This document shows positions 35,163-44,725 of a DNA stretch of 64,000 nt, piece after piece; positions within the stretch are counted from its first letter, which is position 1, and each line of letters opens with the position of its first letter. This stretch comes from an uncultured Pseudomonadota bacterium (GTDB taxonomy: Bacteria; Pseudomonadota; Alphaproteobacteria; Rs-D84). The notes under the pieces are model-generated. The model worked only from the letters and a program-made list of their open reading frames with translations. It had not been told where the DNA came from and ran no database searches. Both the position numbers and the translations under genes were made by a program. The stretch spans positions 7,533-71,532 of the forward strand of contig CADCAA010000001.1 of the NCBI GenBank assembly GCA_902799285.1, given 5' to 3'.

Positions 35163-35981
35163 ATGAAAAAATTGGTCTTTTTATTGTGTGTTTTGGCGGT
35201 GTTGCCGGCGTTTGCGGTGGGGCGTTCCACGATTGGTGCGCAAAGGCCTGGGGCACGCGCGATTATTTTGCCAAGTGCGCAATTGCACTCTGCGATTAAA
35301 TCATCGGCCGGGGTGGAAAATGCGACCGGTGTTGTTGCCGTTGTTGATGATGCGCCACAGCCTGCGCCAATTAATCGTGATGCGGAAAGAATGGCCTGTG
35401 TGCGCAATAATATTGGGATGAATAATACCTTTGTTTGGGCGGCCCGAGACAGCAATACGTCCAGTTATGCGACCATGGTCGAAGATGTCGAGCATCCTGA
35501 AAATAATGTGTGTTTCGTATTGGTCGGTATGCGGTCACAAGATTCGCGGATTAACGTGTCCGATATTCAACCGCGATATTTCGAGTGGGGCGAAAATATC
35601 ACCTGTGGTTCTTGGGTTGACGAGGCCAAGATGGAGGCGCGAATACTGGATGCGAAAAAGTCTGCGCGAACATGGGGGACAATCGGTGGCGCGGTTGGTG
35701 GTGCCGGTATCGGTGTTGGCGCAATGGAATTATTTGGAAATAAATTGATCGGTGGTGCAGTTCAGGGACAAAAAAATGAGGATTTGTCGTCTGTGCAATT
35801 AATTGCGTCCCAGGCCGAGGTATTCAAAGATGAAAATAATGCGCGGTATGGGTATTTTGTTGAATTGGTAGAAGAGTTGAAAGAATTCTGTGGTAAATCT
35901 GAAAATGCGAATAATCAGGATTGCAAGAATGATAAATATGCCAATTTAATTAAATGGTATGATGGGTATTACAAAAAATAG
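35163..35981 (+). CDS. Secreted hypothetical protein, paralog of 6364-7167
   Basis: Signal peptide MKKLVFLLCVLAVLPAFA. Over about 125 aa roughly two-thirds of residues are identical by eye to the 6.4-kb gene product, and some DNA stretches are near-identical. Confidence 0.6.
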   Translation: MKKLVFLLCVLAVLPAFAVGRSTIGAQRPGARAIILPSAQLHSAIKSSAGVENATGVVAVVDDAPQPAPINRDAERMACVRNNIGMNNTFVWAARDSNTSSYATMVEDVEHPENNVCFVLVGMRSQDSRINVSDIQPRYFEWGENITCGSWVDEAKMEARILDAKKSARTWGTIGGAVGGAGIGVGAMELFGNKLIGGAVQGQKNEDLSSVQLIASQAEVFKDENNARYGYFVELVEELKEFCGKSENANNQDCKNDKYANLIKWYDGYYKK

Positions 35982-36007
35982 GTGCTGTGTGATTTTTGAT
36001 TCGATTT

Positions 36008-36036
36008 TGCCCCCCTGTGTTCGCGGGGCATTTTTT
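36008..36036 (+). terminator. Rho-independent terminator
   Basis: TGCCCC-(11-nt loop)-GGGGCA followed by a T6 run. Confidence 0.65.
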
Positions 36037-36090
36037 GTTGCAAATGCGGGGTGGGTGTTGTATTTTGCAGGTGAAAAAAAGTTGGGATAA

Positions 36091-37116
36091 ATGTCGGATA
36101 TATTTGATAAATTATTGATTTTACGTTCGCCGGGAATTGGGCCCGTTTCGTATGAAAAATTGGTGCGGCAATTTGGATCGGTCGCCGCGGCGGCGGACAG
36201 TTTGCGTTCGAATACAGAATTGGTGGATTCTGTGCGGCGCGAAATCGATGCGGCAAATGAAATTGGTGCCGTATTTGTATCTGAGGATGATGATTTTTAT
36301 CCGGTGAGTTTGAAAAATGTCAAAGGGCATCCGCCGGTTATTTGCACGCGCGGAAATTTGGAAACTTTGCGGCGGCCGTGTGTCGGTATTGTTGGAACCC
36401 GACATGCGACGGCCACAGGATTGCATTTTGTGGGTAATTTGGCATGTGCATTTGCGGAACATAACGTGGCGGTGGCGTCCGGGATGGCGATTGGCACGGA
36501 TACGGCGGCGCATCGGGGTGCACTGCGTGCGGCGGGTAATGCCCAGACTATTGCGGTTTTGGGCGGCGGTGTGGACTATATTTGGCCGTTGGAAAACGAA
36601 TCGTTGTATTATGAAATTATCGAACGTGGCGTCGTGGTCAGCGAAATGCCAATTGGTTTTGTACCAAAGGGGTCAAACTTTGTGCAACGTAATCGATGGA
36701 TTGCCGGTATCGCCAGTAAGTTGATTTTGAGTGAGGCTGATTTGAATTCGGGCAGTATGCGCACCGCGCGATTCGCAATTGATATGGGGCGCGAATTGTG
36801 GGCTGTGCCGGGGCATCCGGCGGATGCGCGGGCCATGGGACCGAATTCTTTGATTGCGTCGGGTGCGGCAAAACTTTGTTCCGGGGTGCAGGATTTTTTC
36901 GATTCAGATTCGGGTGTGGTGAAAAATGGTTCAAAAAATGTGAAAAATTCAGAATCTGAAAATTTAATTATGGATGCGTTGGGGGTGGTTCCTGTTTCTG
37001 AATCTGTATTGGCAGATGTTGTCAAAAAATCAGTTTCGGAAATCAAACGCGATTTGGTTGTATTGGAATTACGCGGATTGGTGCGAAAAGTCGATGGCGG
37101 TTATGTTCGTGTGTGA
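36091..37116 (+). CDS. dprA: DNA-processing protein DprA (Smf)
   Basis: Rossmann-like core GIVGTRHATATGLHFV...VASGMAIGTDTAAHRGAL and a C-terminal winged-helix-like tail. Confidence 0.85.
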   Translation: MSDIFDKLLILRSPGIGPVSYEKLVRQFGSVAAAADSLRSNTELVDSVRREIDAANEIGAVFVSEDDDFYPVSLKNVKGHPPVICTRGNLETLRRPCVGIVGTRHATATGLHFVGNLACAFAEHNVAVASGMAIGTDTAAHRGALRAAGNAQTIAVLGGGVDYIWPLENESLYYEIIERGVVVSEMPIGFVPKGSNFVQRNRWIAGIASKLILSEADLNSGSMRTARFAIDMGRELWAVPGHPADARAMGPNSLIASGAAKLCSGVQDFFDSDSGVVKNGSKNVKNSESENLIMDALGVVPVSESVLADVVKKSVSEIKRDLVVLELRGLVRKVDGGYVRV

Positions 37117-37529
37117 TTAAAATCTTGTATATACAATGTCTATACACAAGGCGTAAATCTGGGGAAAAAACGAATCGTTGTCAAAATGTAAAATTAAAAA
37201 ATGATTTTAAGAAATTGTTGAAAACGTATTTTTATGTAATACATTTTCCATTGTCAAAAGAAACAAAAAAGACGAGAGAAACAAAAGCAGGGGGCGGTCG
37301 TATAAGCGAATGTAATATAAACATATTATTCGAACTTGTGCGGCATTATCTTTATAAGCGAGAGAGTAAAAAAGTAGGGCAATATATAAATATTAATTTG
37401 ATGTATGAATTTTTGTAAAACTGATGCAAAAAATTCGGGTGAATCAAATTTAATGTTTATGTGCAGGTGGTTTTTATACTCTTGACGCGGGCAGGAAACT
37501 CTTTTAGAAGGAAGGAAAGGAGAAACGGC

Positions 37530-38792
37530 ATGCAGGCAGCAACAAAAAACATAGATGTGAAAACAATCAAAGATATGATTGCACAGCAGATGGATTTTGC
37601 GGCTTGGACTTCGTGGATTGCGCCTTTGTCCTTTGAAATTTCTGATAATGTTTTGGTGTTGGCCGCGCAAAATCAATTTTCGGCCGATTATATTTCCAGT
37701 GTTTATGGTGCAACATTACAAAATGTCGCGCGCGCATTTGATTTGGATGTTAAATTAGTTGTGCGTGGAACTGCGCCGGTTTCCAAAATTGCAAATGATA
37801 ACAATGTGCAATCCTATGCCCCGGTTATGGATGCGGTGGCCCCGGTTGCATTTGATGCGTTTATCGCGTCGGATGAAAATGCGTTTGTGTTGTCGACCGC
37901 AAAAAAGGTGGCAACGGGTGCGGTATCTTTTTCACCGTTGTTTATTTATGGGGCGGCGGGCACAGGCAAAACTTTGTTGGCGGATTGCATAAAATCTGAA
38001 TCACAAAATGCGATTTTGATGACCGGTGGTCAATTTGTTGCGGAATTTACACGTGCATTACACAACAGAACAATTTTCGCGTTCAAAGATTTTTGTCGCA
38101 ACTGTGATACGTTTATTTTAGACGATGTCCAGGCTTTGGCGGGTAAACGCGCAACAATGGATGAATTTTTGCAGTTGGTTATGGATTTGCGCGCATCTGG
38201 TAAAAATGTTGTTTTGACGGCCCCATGTTCACCAAATAATTTAACAGGTTTTGACCGTCGTGCACAATCGTTGTTGGCGTCGGGCTTGGTTGCAGATATT
38301 ACTGCGCCAAATGCAAATGTTAAACGCACAATGTTGGTTCGGGCAGGTGTTGCCACCGATGTCGCGGATGCAATTGCGAATCGTATTGCAAATGATGGCC
38401 ACATGATAAGTGGTGTTGCAAATAAAATTAAAACATATTCTGAATTGATGGGTGGTCGCGTCACATTGGAAATCGCGGAACATTTGTTGGGTGATACATT
38501 GGAAAAATTCAAGACACCAATTGCTATGGTAAAAAATATGTGCGAAAAATTGGGTGTTTCATATGATGCGATTTGTGGGGCGGGGCGTGCGCGTCAATTG
38601 GTTTTAGCACGTCAGATGATAATGGTTGTTTTGAAAAATTCTACACGTTTGTCTTTGTCTGAAATTGGTCAATATGTTGGCAATCGTGATCATGCAACCG
38701 TTATGTACGCAATAAAACAAATTGAAAAGATGCAGGCGTCCGATTTGATGTTGAGCGCACAGATTGCACAATTAATTGCGGAATGCAAGTAA
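37530..38792 (+). CDS. dnaA: Chromosomal replication initiator DnaA
   Basis: Start set at ATG 37530 after the RBS GGAAAGGAG. Walker A GAAGTGKTLL and the C-terminal DNA-binding region SLSEIGQYVGNRDHATVMYAIKQIEK. Confidence 0.9.
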   Translation: MQAATKNIDVKTIKDMIAQQMDFAAWTSWIAPLSFEISDNVLVLAAQNQFSADYISSVYGATLQNVARAFDLDVKLVVRGTAPVSKIANDNNVQSYAPVMDAVAPVAFDAFIASDENAFVLSTAKKVATGAVSFSPLFIYGAAGTGKTLLADCIKSESQNAILMTGGQFVAEFTRALHNRTIFAFKDFCRNCDTFILDDVQALAGKRATMDEFLQLVMDLRASGKNVVLTAPCSPNNLTGFDRRAQSLLASGLVADITAPNANVKRTMLVRAGVATDVADAIANRIANDGHMISGVANKIKTYSELMGGRVTLEIAEHLLGDTLEKFKTPIAMVKNMCEKLGVSYDAICGAGRARQLVLARQMIMVVLKNSTRLSLSEIGQYVGNRDHATVMYAIKQIEKMQASDLMLSAQIAQLIAECK

Positions 38793-38808
38793 TATAATGA
38801 AATATAAT

Positions 38809-38862
38809 GGCATATCTGCTGGATTCCGCCAACTGAATTCTATTTTGATATTTGGTTTCTGG
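38809..38862 (+). repeat. Solo tail unit of the 34.8-kb repeat family
   Basis: GCATATCTGCT...GAATTCTATTTTGATATTTGGTTTC matches the tail units at 34863-35095. It sits between convergent dnaA and the topoisomerase gene. Confidence 0.5.
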
Positions 38863-38869
38863 GGATTTT

Positions 38870-40846
38870 TTACACAAATAAATCTTTGACAAATTGGGCG
38901 TGTTCGGTGATGAATTTGAATCGGAATTCTGGCTTTTTACCCATTAATTCGGTCACGATTGTACGGGTTTTTTCAGTATCCTCGGCCCCGTCGTCTGTGC
39001 GTGGTGGTAATTCAATACGAATCAGTCGACGTGTTTTTGGTGACATGGTTGTTTCCTTTAATTGATTTGGCATCATTTCGCCCAAACCTTTGAATCGGGA
39101 AATTTCCACCTTTTTATTTTTGTATTTTTCGTTCTTTAATTTTTCCAATTCTTCGTCGGAATCCACATAGAACGATTCGGTGCCACAGGTGAATTTATAC
39201 AATGGTGGGCATGATAAATACAAATGACCCCCATAAATCAGTTGCGGCATATATTGATAGAAAAATGCCATCAATAATGATGCAATATGACTGCCATCCA
39301 CATCGGCATCGGTCATGACGATAATTTTTTCATAACGCAATTTGTCGTCGTTCCAATCCTTGGCCGTGCCGGCACCGATAATATCAATCAAATCGTTTAA
39401 TTCACGATTCGCACTGAACCGTTCGTCAGAATTAGACAGAACGTTCAGAACCTTGCCCCGCAGGGGCATAATGGCCTGGGTCGCGCGGTCGCGTGCCTGT
39501 TTCGCGGTTCCTCCGGCCGATTCGCCTTCGACAATAAACAGTTCTGTTCCTTCGACACCGTGTTTAGAACAATCGGCCAATTTCGCCGGCATACGAATCC
39601 GCTTTGTCGGGGTTTTGCGAGCGATATCTTTGACCTGTTTGGTTTTAATACGCGCGTTTGCCAAATTGATTATAAATGACAATAATGCGTTAGAGGTTTT
39701 TGGATCAGATGCCAAAAACATTTCCCATGGGTCGCGCAAAACATTTTCGACATAACGTGCAATTTCGGGGTTGGATAACTTTTCCTTGGTTTGGCCCAAA
39801 AACTGTGGTGTTTTATAAAACACAGATACGATTGCCGCAACCGAATCGAAAACATCGTCACTGACGATTGTGGCGGCCGCCTTGTTATTTATTTTTTCAC
39901 CATATGCCTTGATTCCGCGGGTAATTGCAGATTTAAATCCGCTTTCGTGTGTGCCACCGTCAATTGTGGCAATTGTATTACAATATGATGCAAAAAATCC
40001 GTCGTCAGATGCCGCGCCATTTTCATCTGTTAAAAATGTTAATGCCCATTCAACACGCCCCGAATCGTCTGGAAAATCAATCGAGCCAGAAAACATGCGT
40101 GGTAAAATATGCGGTTTGGAATCTGTTTTTTCGGCCAAAAAGTCACTGACCCCATTTGGGTAATAAAATGTGGTTGTGGCCGGAATATTCATATCTTCGG
40201 TCAGTAATTCTGGATTACAAATCCAATCAATTTTTATTCCGCGCGACAGGAAAGATTTCGCACGTGCCATACGATAAATTTTAATCGGTTTGAATACAGC
40301 GTTTTCGCCAAAGATTTCATCATCGATTGTGAATCTGATTTTTGTTCCATGGTTTTTTGTTGCCATGCCGCGTTCGATTGGGGATGTTGTTTTGCCGCGT
40401 GAAAATGTTTGGTGCCATTCGTATCCGTCGCGGGAAATTGTCACATCCATATTTGATGATAATGCGTTCACAACCGCAGAACCCACACCATGCAAGCCGC
40501 CCGATGTTTTATATACATTGTTATTAAATTTACCCCCAGAATGCAGGGTGGTTAAAATAACCTCGAGCGCTGATTTGCCCGGATATTTTGGGTGTTCATC
40601 GACCGGAATTCCGCGACCATCGTCGGTGATTTCAATCGTTTTAGAATCAATCAAATTGACAGTAATCTTTTTTGCGAATCCGGCCACAGCCTCGTCAATG
40701 CTGTTATCCATAATTTCAACGGGCAGGTGGTGCCACGCCTTTTCATCCGTGCCACCGATATACATACCGGGACGCAGGCGGACGGGTTCCAGACCCTCGA
40801 GCACCTGGATATCGGACGCGTCATAAGATGATTTGTTTTCTGTCAT
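38870..40846 (-). CDS. parE: Type IIA topoisomerase subunit B, ParE-like (short form without the proteobacterial GyrB insert)
   Basis: GHKL ATPase motifs DNSIDEA, DDGRGIP and GGLHGVG. Toprim EGESAGG and DADVDGSHI. The 658-aa length and IGGTDE..HHL N-terminus favour ParE over GyrB; that preference is inference. Confidence 0.75.
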   Translation of the reverse strand: MTENKSSYDASDIQVLEGLEPVRLRPGMYIGGTDEKAWHHLPVEIMDNSIDEAVAGFAKKITVNLIDSKTIEITDDGRGIPVDEHPKYPGKSALEVILTTLHSGGKFNNNVYKTSGGLHGVGSAVVNALSSNMDVTISRDGYEWHQTFSRGKTTSPIERGMATKNHGTKIRFTIDDEIFGENAVFKPIKIYRMARAKSFLSRGIKIDWICNPELLTEDMNIPATTTFYYPNGVSDFLAEKTDSKPHILPRMFSGSIDFPDDSGRVEWALTFLTDENGAASDDGFFASYCNTIATIDGGTHESGFKSAITRGIKAYGEKINNKAAATIVSDDVFDSVAAIVSVFYKTPQFLGQTKEKLSNPEIARYVENVLRDPWEMFLASDPKTSNALLSFIINLANARIKTKQVKDIARKTPTKRIRMPAKLADCSKHGVEGTELFIVEGESAGGTAKQARDRATQAIMPLRGKVLNVLSNSDERFSANRELNDLIDIIGAGTAKDWNDDKLRYEKIIVMTDADVDGSHIASLLMAFFYQYMPQLIYGGHLYLSCPPLYKFTCGTESFYVDSDEELEKLKNEKYKNKKVEISRFKGLGEMMPNQLKETTMSPKTRRLIRIELPPRTDDGAEDTEKTRTIVTELMGKKPEFRFKFITEHAQFVKDLFV

Positions 40847-40982
40847 AGCAACATTATTATTAGAACATTATTAATTTTTTCGCAAGTCTGATTTTTTTGG
40901 TGGCTTTTATGGGGATTTAAGGGGACTTGAATTTTTTTATAAATGGACTATATTTCCGACATAAATAAAAGAGATTGTTATT

Positions 40983-42110
40983 ATGAATAAAAATCCTTAT
41001 GAAGTTTTGGGCGTGGCGCGCGATGCGTCGGATGCCGATATTAAAAAGGCATATCATAAATTGGTTATGAAATATCATCCCGACAAAAATCCGGGTGATA
41101 AAACCGCCGAAGAAAAATTCAAAGAGGTTAATAACGCGTTTGATATTCTGAAAGATCCACAAAAACGTGCCGCATATGACCGGTTTGGCGATGCCGCATT
41201 TGCCGGCGGAAACGGTGCCAGTGCCGGTGCCGGGAATCCGTTTGGTGGCGGATTTTCAGGCTTTGCGGGTGGTGCCGGTATGGACGATATATTGCGCGAG
41301 GCTATGCGTGGGTTTGGTTTTGACGGATTTGGCGGATTTGGTGGGCGTGGTTCGGCCGCCGCGCAACAACGTGGTCGTGATTTGTTGGATACGGTGACGA
41401 TTTCTTTGCGGGATGCGTATTTTGGCACAACGCATACTATTAAATTTTCCAGTAATGTCGCATGTGATAAATGTAATGGTAATGGCACCGATGATGGTAA
41501 ACCTGCGCCCGTTTGTCCGCGTTGCGGGGGCAGTGGATATGTCCAGGCGCGCCAGGGATTTTTTGCCGTTGAAACGCCGTGTCCGGAATGTAATGGAACG
41601 GGACACAAGATTTCCAAAAAATGTTCAAAGTGTGATGGTGCGGGGGTTATTCACAAACAACGCACAATTGATGTAAAAATTCCGGCCGGGGTCCAAGATG
41701 GGGCGCGGTTACGTTTGGCAGGCCAGGGCGAGGCCGGTATGTTCGGTGCGCCTGCGGGTGATTTTTATATTGATATTCATGTTAAACCCGATGATAAATT
41801 TGAACGCATAGGTAATGATTTGGTTGTACGTGTGGATGTGCCGTTTACGACACTTGCGCTGGGTGGTGAAATTGATGTTCGGACGATTGATGATACGGAA
41901 TTATCGGTCAAGGTGCCGGCGGGAACGCAAATTGGTGCACGGTTGCGTGTACGTGGCAAAGGTATGCCAAATCCACAGCGTTCGGGCAGTTTTGGCGATT
42001 TGTATATTGAAATTGCTATGACGGTGCCAACAAAACTTTCCGAAAAGCAAAAGAAAGCATTGGAGGAATTTGCCGGAACAAAACCAAGTAAAAAGTCCGG
42101 GTGGTTTTAA
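40983..42110 (+). CDS. dnaJ: Molecular chaperone DnaJ
   Basis: J-domain with HPD (YHPDKNPGD), a G/F-rich region and four CxxCxGxG zinc-finger repeats. Confidence 0.9.
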   Translation: MNKNPYEVLGVARDASDADIKKAYHKLVMKYHPDKNPGDKTAEEKFKEVNNAFDILKDPQKRAAYDRFGDAAFAGGNGASAGAGNPFGGGFSGFAGGAGMDDILREAMRGFGFDGFGGFGGRGSAAAQQRGRDLLDTVTISLRDAYFGTTHTIKFSSNVACDKCNGNGTDDGKPAPVCPRCGGSGYVQARQGFFAVETPCPECNGTGHKISKKCSKCDGAGVIHKQRTIDVKIPAGVQDGARLRLAGQGEAGMFGAPAGDFYIDIHVKPDDKFERIGNDLVVRVDVPFTTLALGGEIDVRTIDDTELSVKVPAGTQIGARLRVRGKGMPNPQRSGSFGDLYIEIAMTVPTKLSEKQKKALEEFAGTKPSKKSGWF

Positions 42111-42129
42111 TTTAATGAATAAATAAAAA

Positions 42130-42157
42130 ACTTTGGCATTCGCCAAAGTTTTTTTTA
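42130..42157. terminator. Bidirectional rho-independent terminator between dnaJ and pgsA
   Basis: ACTTTGGC-ATTC-GCCAAAGT flanked by an A-run and a T8 run. Confidence 0.75.
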
Positions 42158-42171
42158 TGTATGTTTTTTCT

Positions 42172-42771
42172 TTATTTAATCTTTTTTAATTTTTCCATAA
42201 ATGTGAATGTGTATTGGGTTGCAGACCAAATTGATGCAACCAATGCAAACCAGATAAAGATGATTCCGGCCTGGGACAACACATTCATTGTAATCAGTAA
42301 TTTTGTGGAAATTGTATCTGGGGTGACAATCGTACTGATTGCGAATAACATCAAGAATGCCAAAATCGCCACCATTTGTAATGTTGTCTTGATTTTACCC
42401 ATTGAAAAGCGTGCCTTTGGTACAGGCATTTCGATTTTTTGTGTGCCCAGGAATTCGCGCAGGCCACTGATATACAATTCGCGGGCAATCATTATGATGA
42501 TTGGAATTATGATGAACCAAAAACGCATCATTAATGCCAACATGATAAATGTATTTACGACCAATAATTTATCGCCAATGTGATCCAGTACGCCACCCAA
42601 TTTTGTGCATACTTTGAATTTACGCGCCAAATATCCGTCGCACCAATCACTGAATGCACCAAATGCGAACAGTATCAGTGATACCCAATACCATTGCATC
42701 ATCAACGTTGGTATAATCGCAAAGGCAACGCAAATGCGAAATATTGACAACAGGTTTACAAAAACTTTCAT
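42172..42771 (-). CDS. pgsA: CDP-diacylglycerol--glycerol-3-phosphate 3-phosphatidyltransferase
   Basis: CDP-alcohol phosphatidyltransferase motif DWCDGYLARK...GGVLDHIGDK in a polytopic membrane protein. Confidence 0.8.
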   Translation of the reverse strand: MKVFVNLLSIFRICVAFAIIPTLMMQWYWVSLILFAFGAFSDWCDGYLARKFKVCTKLGGVLDHIGDKLLVVNTFIMLALMMRFWFIIIPIIIMIARELYISGLREFLGTQKIEMPVPKARFSMGKIKTTLQMVAILAFLMLFAISTIVTPDTISTKLLITMNVLSQAGIIFIWFALVASIWSATQYTFTFMEKLKKIK

Positions 42772-42804
42772 TTATATCTCCTTTTTATTTTTTTGTATGT
42801 TTTA

Positions 42805-44229
42805 TTATACCAGTTCTGAATGAAAATGTGCATAGATTTTTTTTGCGGCGGCCGGACCCAATTTTGGTACCCGTTCCAGTTGCGCCAATGTTGCGTCCAT
42901 AATGCCACGGACCGTTCCAAAATGACGTATCAATTCGTGTTTGCGGGTTGGACCAATTCCGTCGATTTCATCCAATACAGATGCGGTCATTTGTTTTGCG
43001 CGCCTTTCGCGATGATATGTGATTACGAATCTGTGTGCTTCGTCTCGGACAGAGCGCAGCATTAAAAACAGTGGTGAATTTTTTGGTATGGTATCCAGAA
43101 TTGAACCGTCGGGCATAATAAAATGTTCATCGCCGTTGCGAACAACACCCTTGGTCACGCCAAAGATTGGAATATTCGGTGCGGTTTTATGTGCGATGTT
43201 CCATTGTGCCATGCCACCATCAACAATTATTAAATCCAATTTGGGACCATGTTGCACTGCACGTTCGATAAATTCGGCCATCATACCAATATCATTGCCG
43301 GCGTTTGATTTGTTTTGTAGTTTGAAATGCCGATAGTCTGTTTTTGTAAATCCGTTGTGACCAAAACAAATCATCGCACCAACCGAATTTTTTCCAAACA
43401 GGTGTGAATTATCAAATACGCCGGCGCGTTCAATTTTTATTCCTAATAATTTTTCCAATTCAGATACATTTTTATCCCAATCTATATTTTTTTCATATGT
43501 ATTTTTACTTTGACGGCCACGGTTTGATGTTTGGGTTAATGCAATAATTTTATCGCGTATATCAGCCGCGCGTTCAAAATCCATCGCATCAGAATATTTT
43601 TTCATATCATTCGATAATTCTGCGATGATTGGTTCACTGTCGCCTGTTAAAATGCGACGCGCCAATGCCACATTTTTTTGATATTCAGGTTGGGGTAGGC
43701 AACATGGTGCACTGCATCGGCCAATTTGATACAGCAGGCATGGGCGCGAACGGTTATGCATAAATGTGTCGCGACATGTGCGTAAGTTGCATACCTTTTG
43801 AATCATTTTGATTGTGTCGTTTAATGCCGAAACCGATGGATATGGTCCAAATACATCACGGCGTTGGGAAATTTTGCCACGGAATTTTAATAATCGTGGA
43901 TATTCGTGTGCCGTTAATGCCAACATTGGATACATTTTATCGTCTGTCAGCATAATATTGTATTTGGGTTTTAGTGTTTTAATTAATTCTTGTTCGCGCA
44001 GCAATGCGTCGGATTCAGTTGGACAGATTTCCCATTCAACGCCCGTCACCAATGTTCGCATAACCTGTTTATGTAATTCCAGTTTGGAAATATCAACATA
44101 TTGGCGTAAACGATTCGCCAAATTTTTAGCCTTGCCAACGTATAATAATGTTCGATCACTGGCATACATTTTGTATACGCCGGGCGCGTCAGGAGCATTC
44201 GAAATCAAATCTGAAAATTGAATATTCAT
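42805..44229 (-). CDS. uvrC: Excinuclease ABC subunit C (short form, 474 aa)
   Basis: GIY-YIG (GVYKMY...LLYVGKAKNLANRL), UVR motif (FERAADIRDKIIAL), an endonuclease V-like domain and a C-terminal HhH region. Confidence 0.8.
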   Translation of the reverse strand: MNIQFSDLISNAPDAPGVYKMYASDRTLLYVGKAKNLANRLRQYVDISKLELHKQVMRTLVTGVEWEICPTESDALLREQELIKTLKPKYNIMLTDDKMYPMLALTAHEYPRLLKFRGKISQRRDVFGPYPSVSALNDTIKMIQKVCNLRTCRDTFMHNRSRPCLLYQIGRCSAPCCLPQPEYQKNVALARRILTGDSEPIIAELSNDMKKYSDAMDFERAADIRDKIIALTQTSNRGRQSKNTYEKNIDWDKNVSELEKLLGIKIERAGVFDNSHLFGKNSVGAMICFGHNGFTKTDYRHFKLQNKSNAGNDIGMMAEFIERAVQHGPKLDLIIVDGGMAQWNIAHKTAPNIPIFGVTKGVVRNGDEHFIMPDGSILDTIPKNSPLFLMLRSVRDEAHRFVITYHRERRAKQMTASVLDEIDGIGPTRKHELIRHFGTVRGIMDATLAQLERVPKLGPAAAKKIYAHFHSELV

Positions 44230-44278
44230 GATTTATATGATAGAATATAATTTATGAAAAGCAAATAGAGGTGAAAAA

Positions 44279-44716
44279 ATGAGACAAGAATCTGGTCGTT
44301 CTATGATTGAAATGTTGGGCGTGCTGGCAATTATGGGTGTTATCACCGTCGGCGCAATCAGTATGATTTCGTATGCTATGCGTATGCAAAAGCAAAGCAC
44401 CGTCAATGACGAGGTTTATCAAATCGTGTTGGGTGTGCGTCAGTTGCTGGGTGAATATGATGATTTTACAAAAATTGATAATTCTACGATATTTACTGCG
44501 TTGGCGATGTCCAATAAAAATCCGTACGGTGGTAATTATACTGTGTCGGTCAATCCATCGAACACGCGTCAATTTATTGTGACGATTGATGGTTTGTCTG
44601 ATTCAGAATGCAAGGCATTGGTGACCAAAAAATGGACTGATTCTGTAAATGGTGCAACAGGTAATTGCGTCAGTTTGGGTCGTGATAATGTTGTGTCCAT
44701 TTTGTATGGAGAATAA
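44279..44716 (+). CDS. Type IV pilin / pseudopilin-like protein
   Basis: Prepilin-type leader MRQESG|RSMIEMLGVLAIMGVITVGAI, with Gly at -1, Glu at +5 and a hydrophobic alpha1-N helix. 145 aa with two late Cys. Confidence 0.65.
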   Translation: MRQESGRSMIEMLGVLAIMGVITVGAISMISYAMRMQKQSTVNDEVYQIVLGVRQLLGEYDDFTKIDNSTIFTALAMSNKNPYGGNYTVSVNPSNTRQFIVTIDGLSDSECKALVTKKWTDSVNGATGNCVSLGRDNVVSILYGE

Positions 44717-44725
44717 TGATTTTTT

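Noticed and set aside
37113-37418. 101-aa ORF in the dprA-dnaA spacer, and DnaA-box cluster/oriC call
   Set aside because: The ORF is an AT-rich, Lys-rich run with no RBS. No consensus DnaA box was found by eye, so neither a CDS nor an oriC feature is asserted.
38870-40846. Calling this gene gyrB because it sits next to dnaA
   Set aside because: The 658-aa length lacks the roughly 170-aa insert of proteobacterial GyrB. The IGGTDE...HHL and HPKYPGKSALEVILTTLHSGGKF patterns look ParE-like. It is kept as ParE-like with the uncertainty stated.
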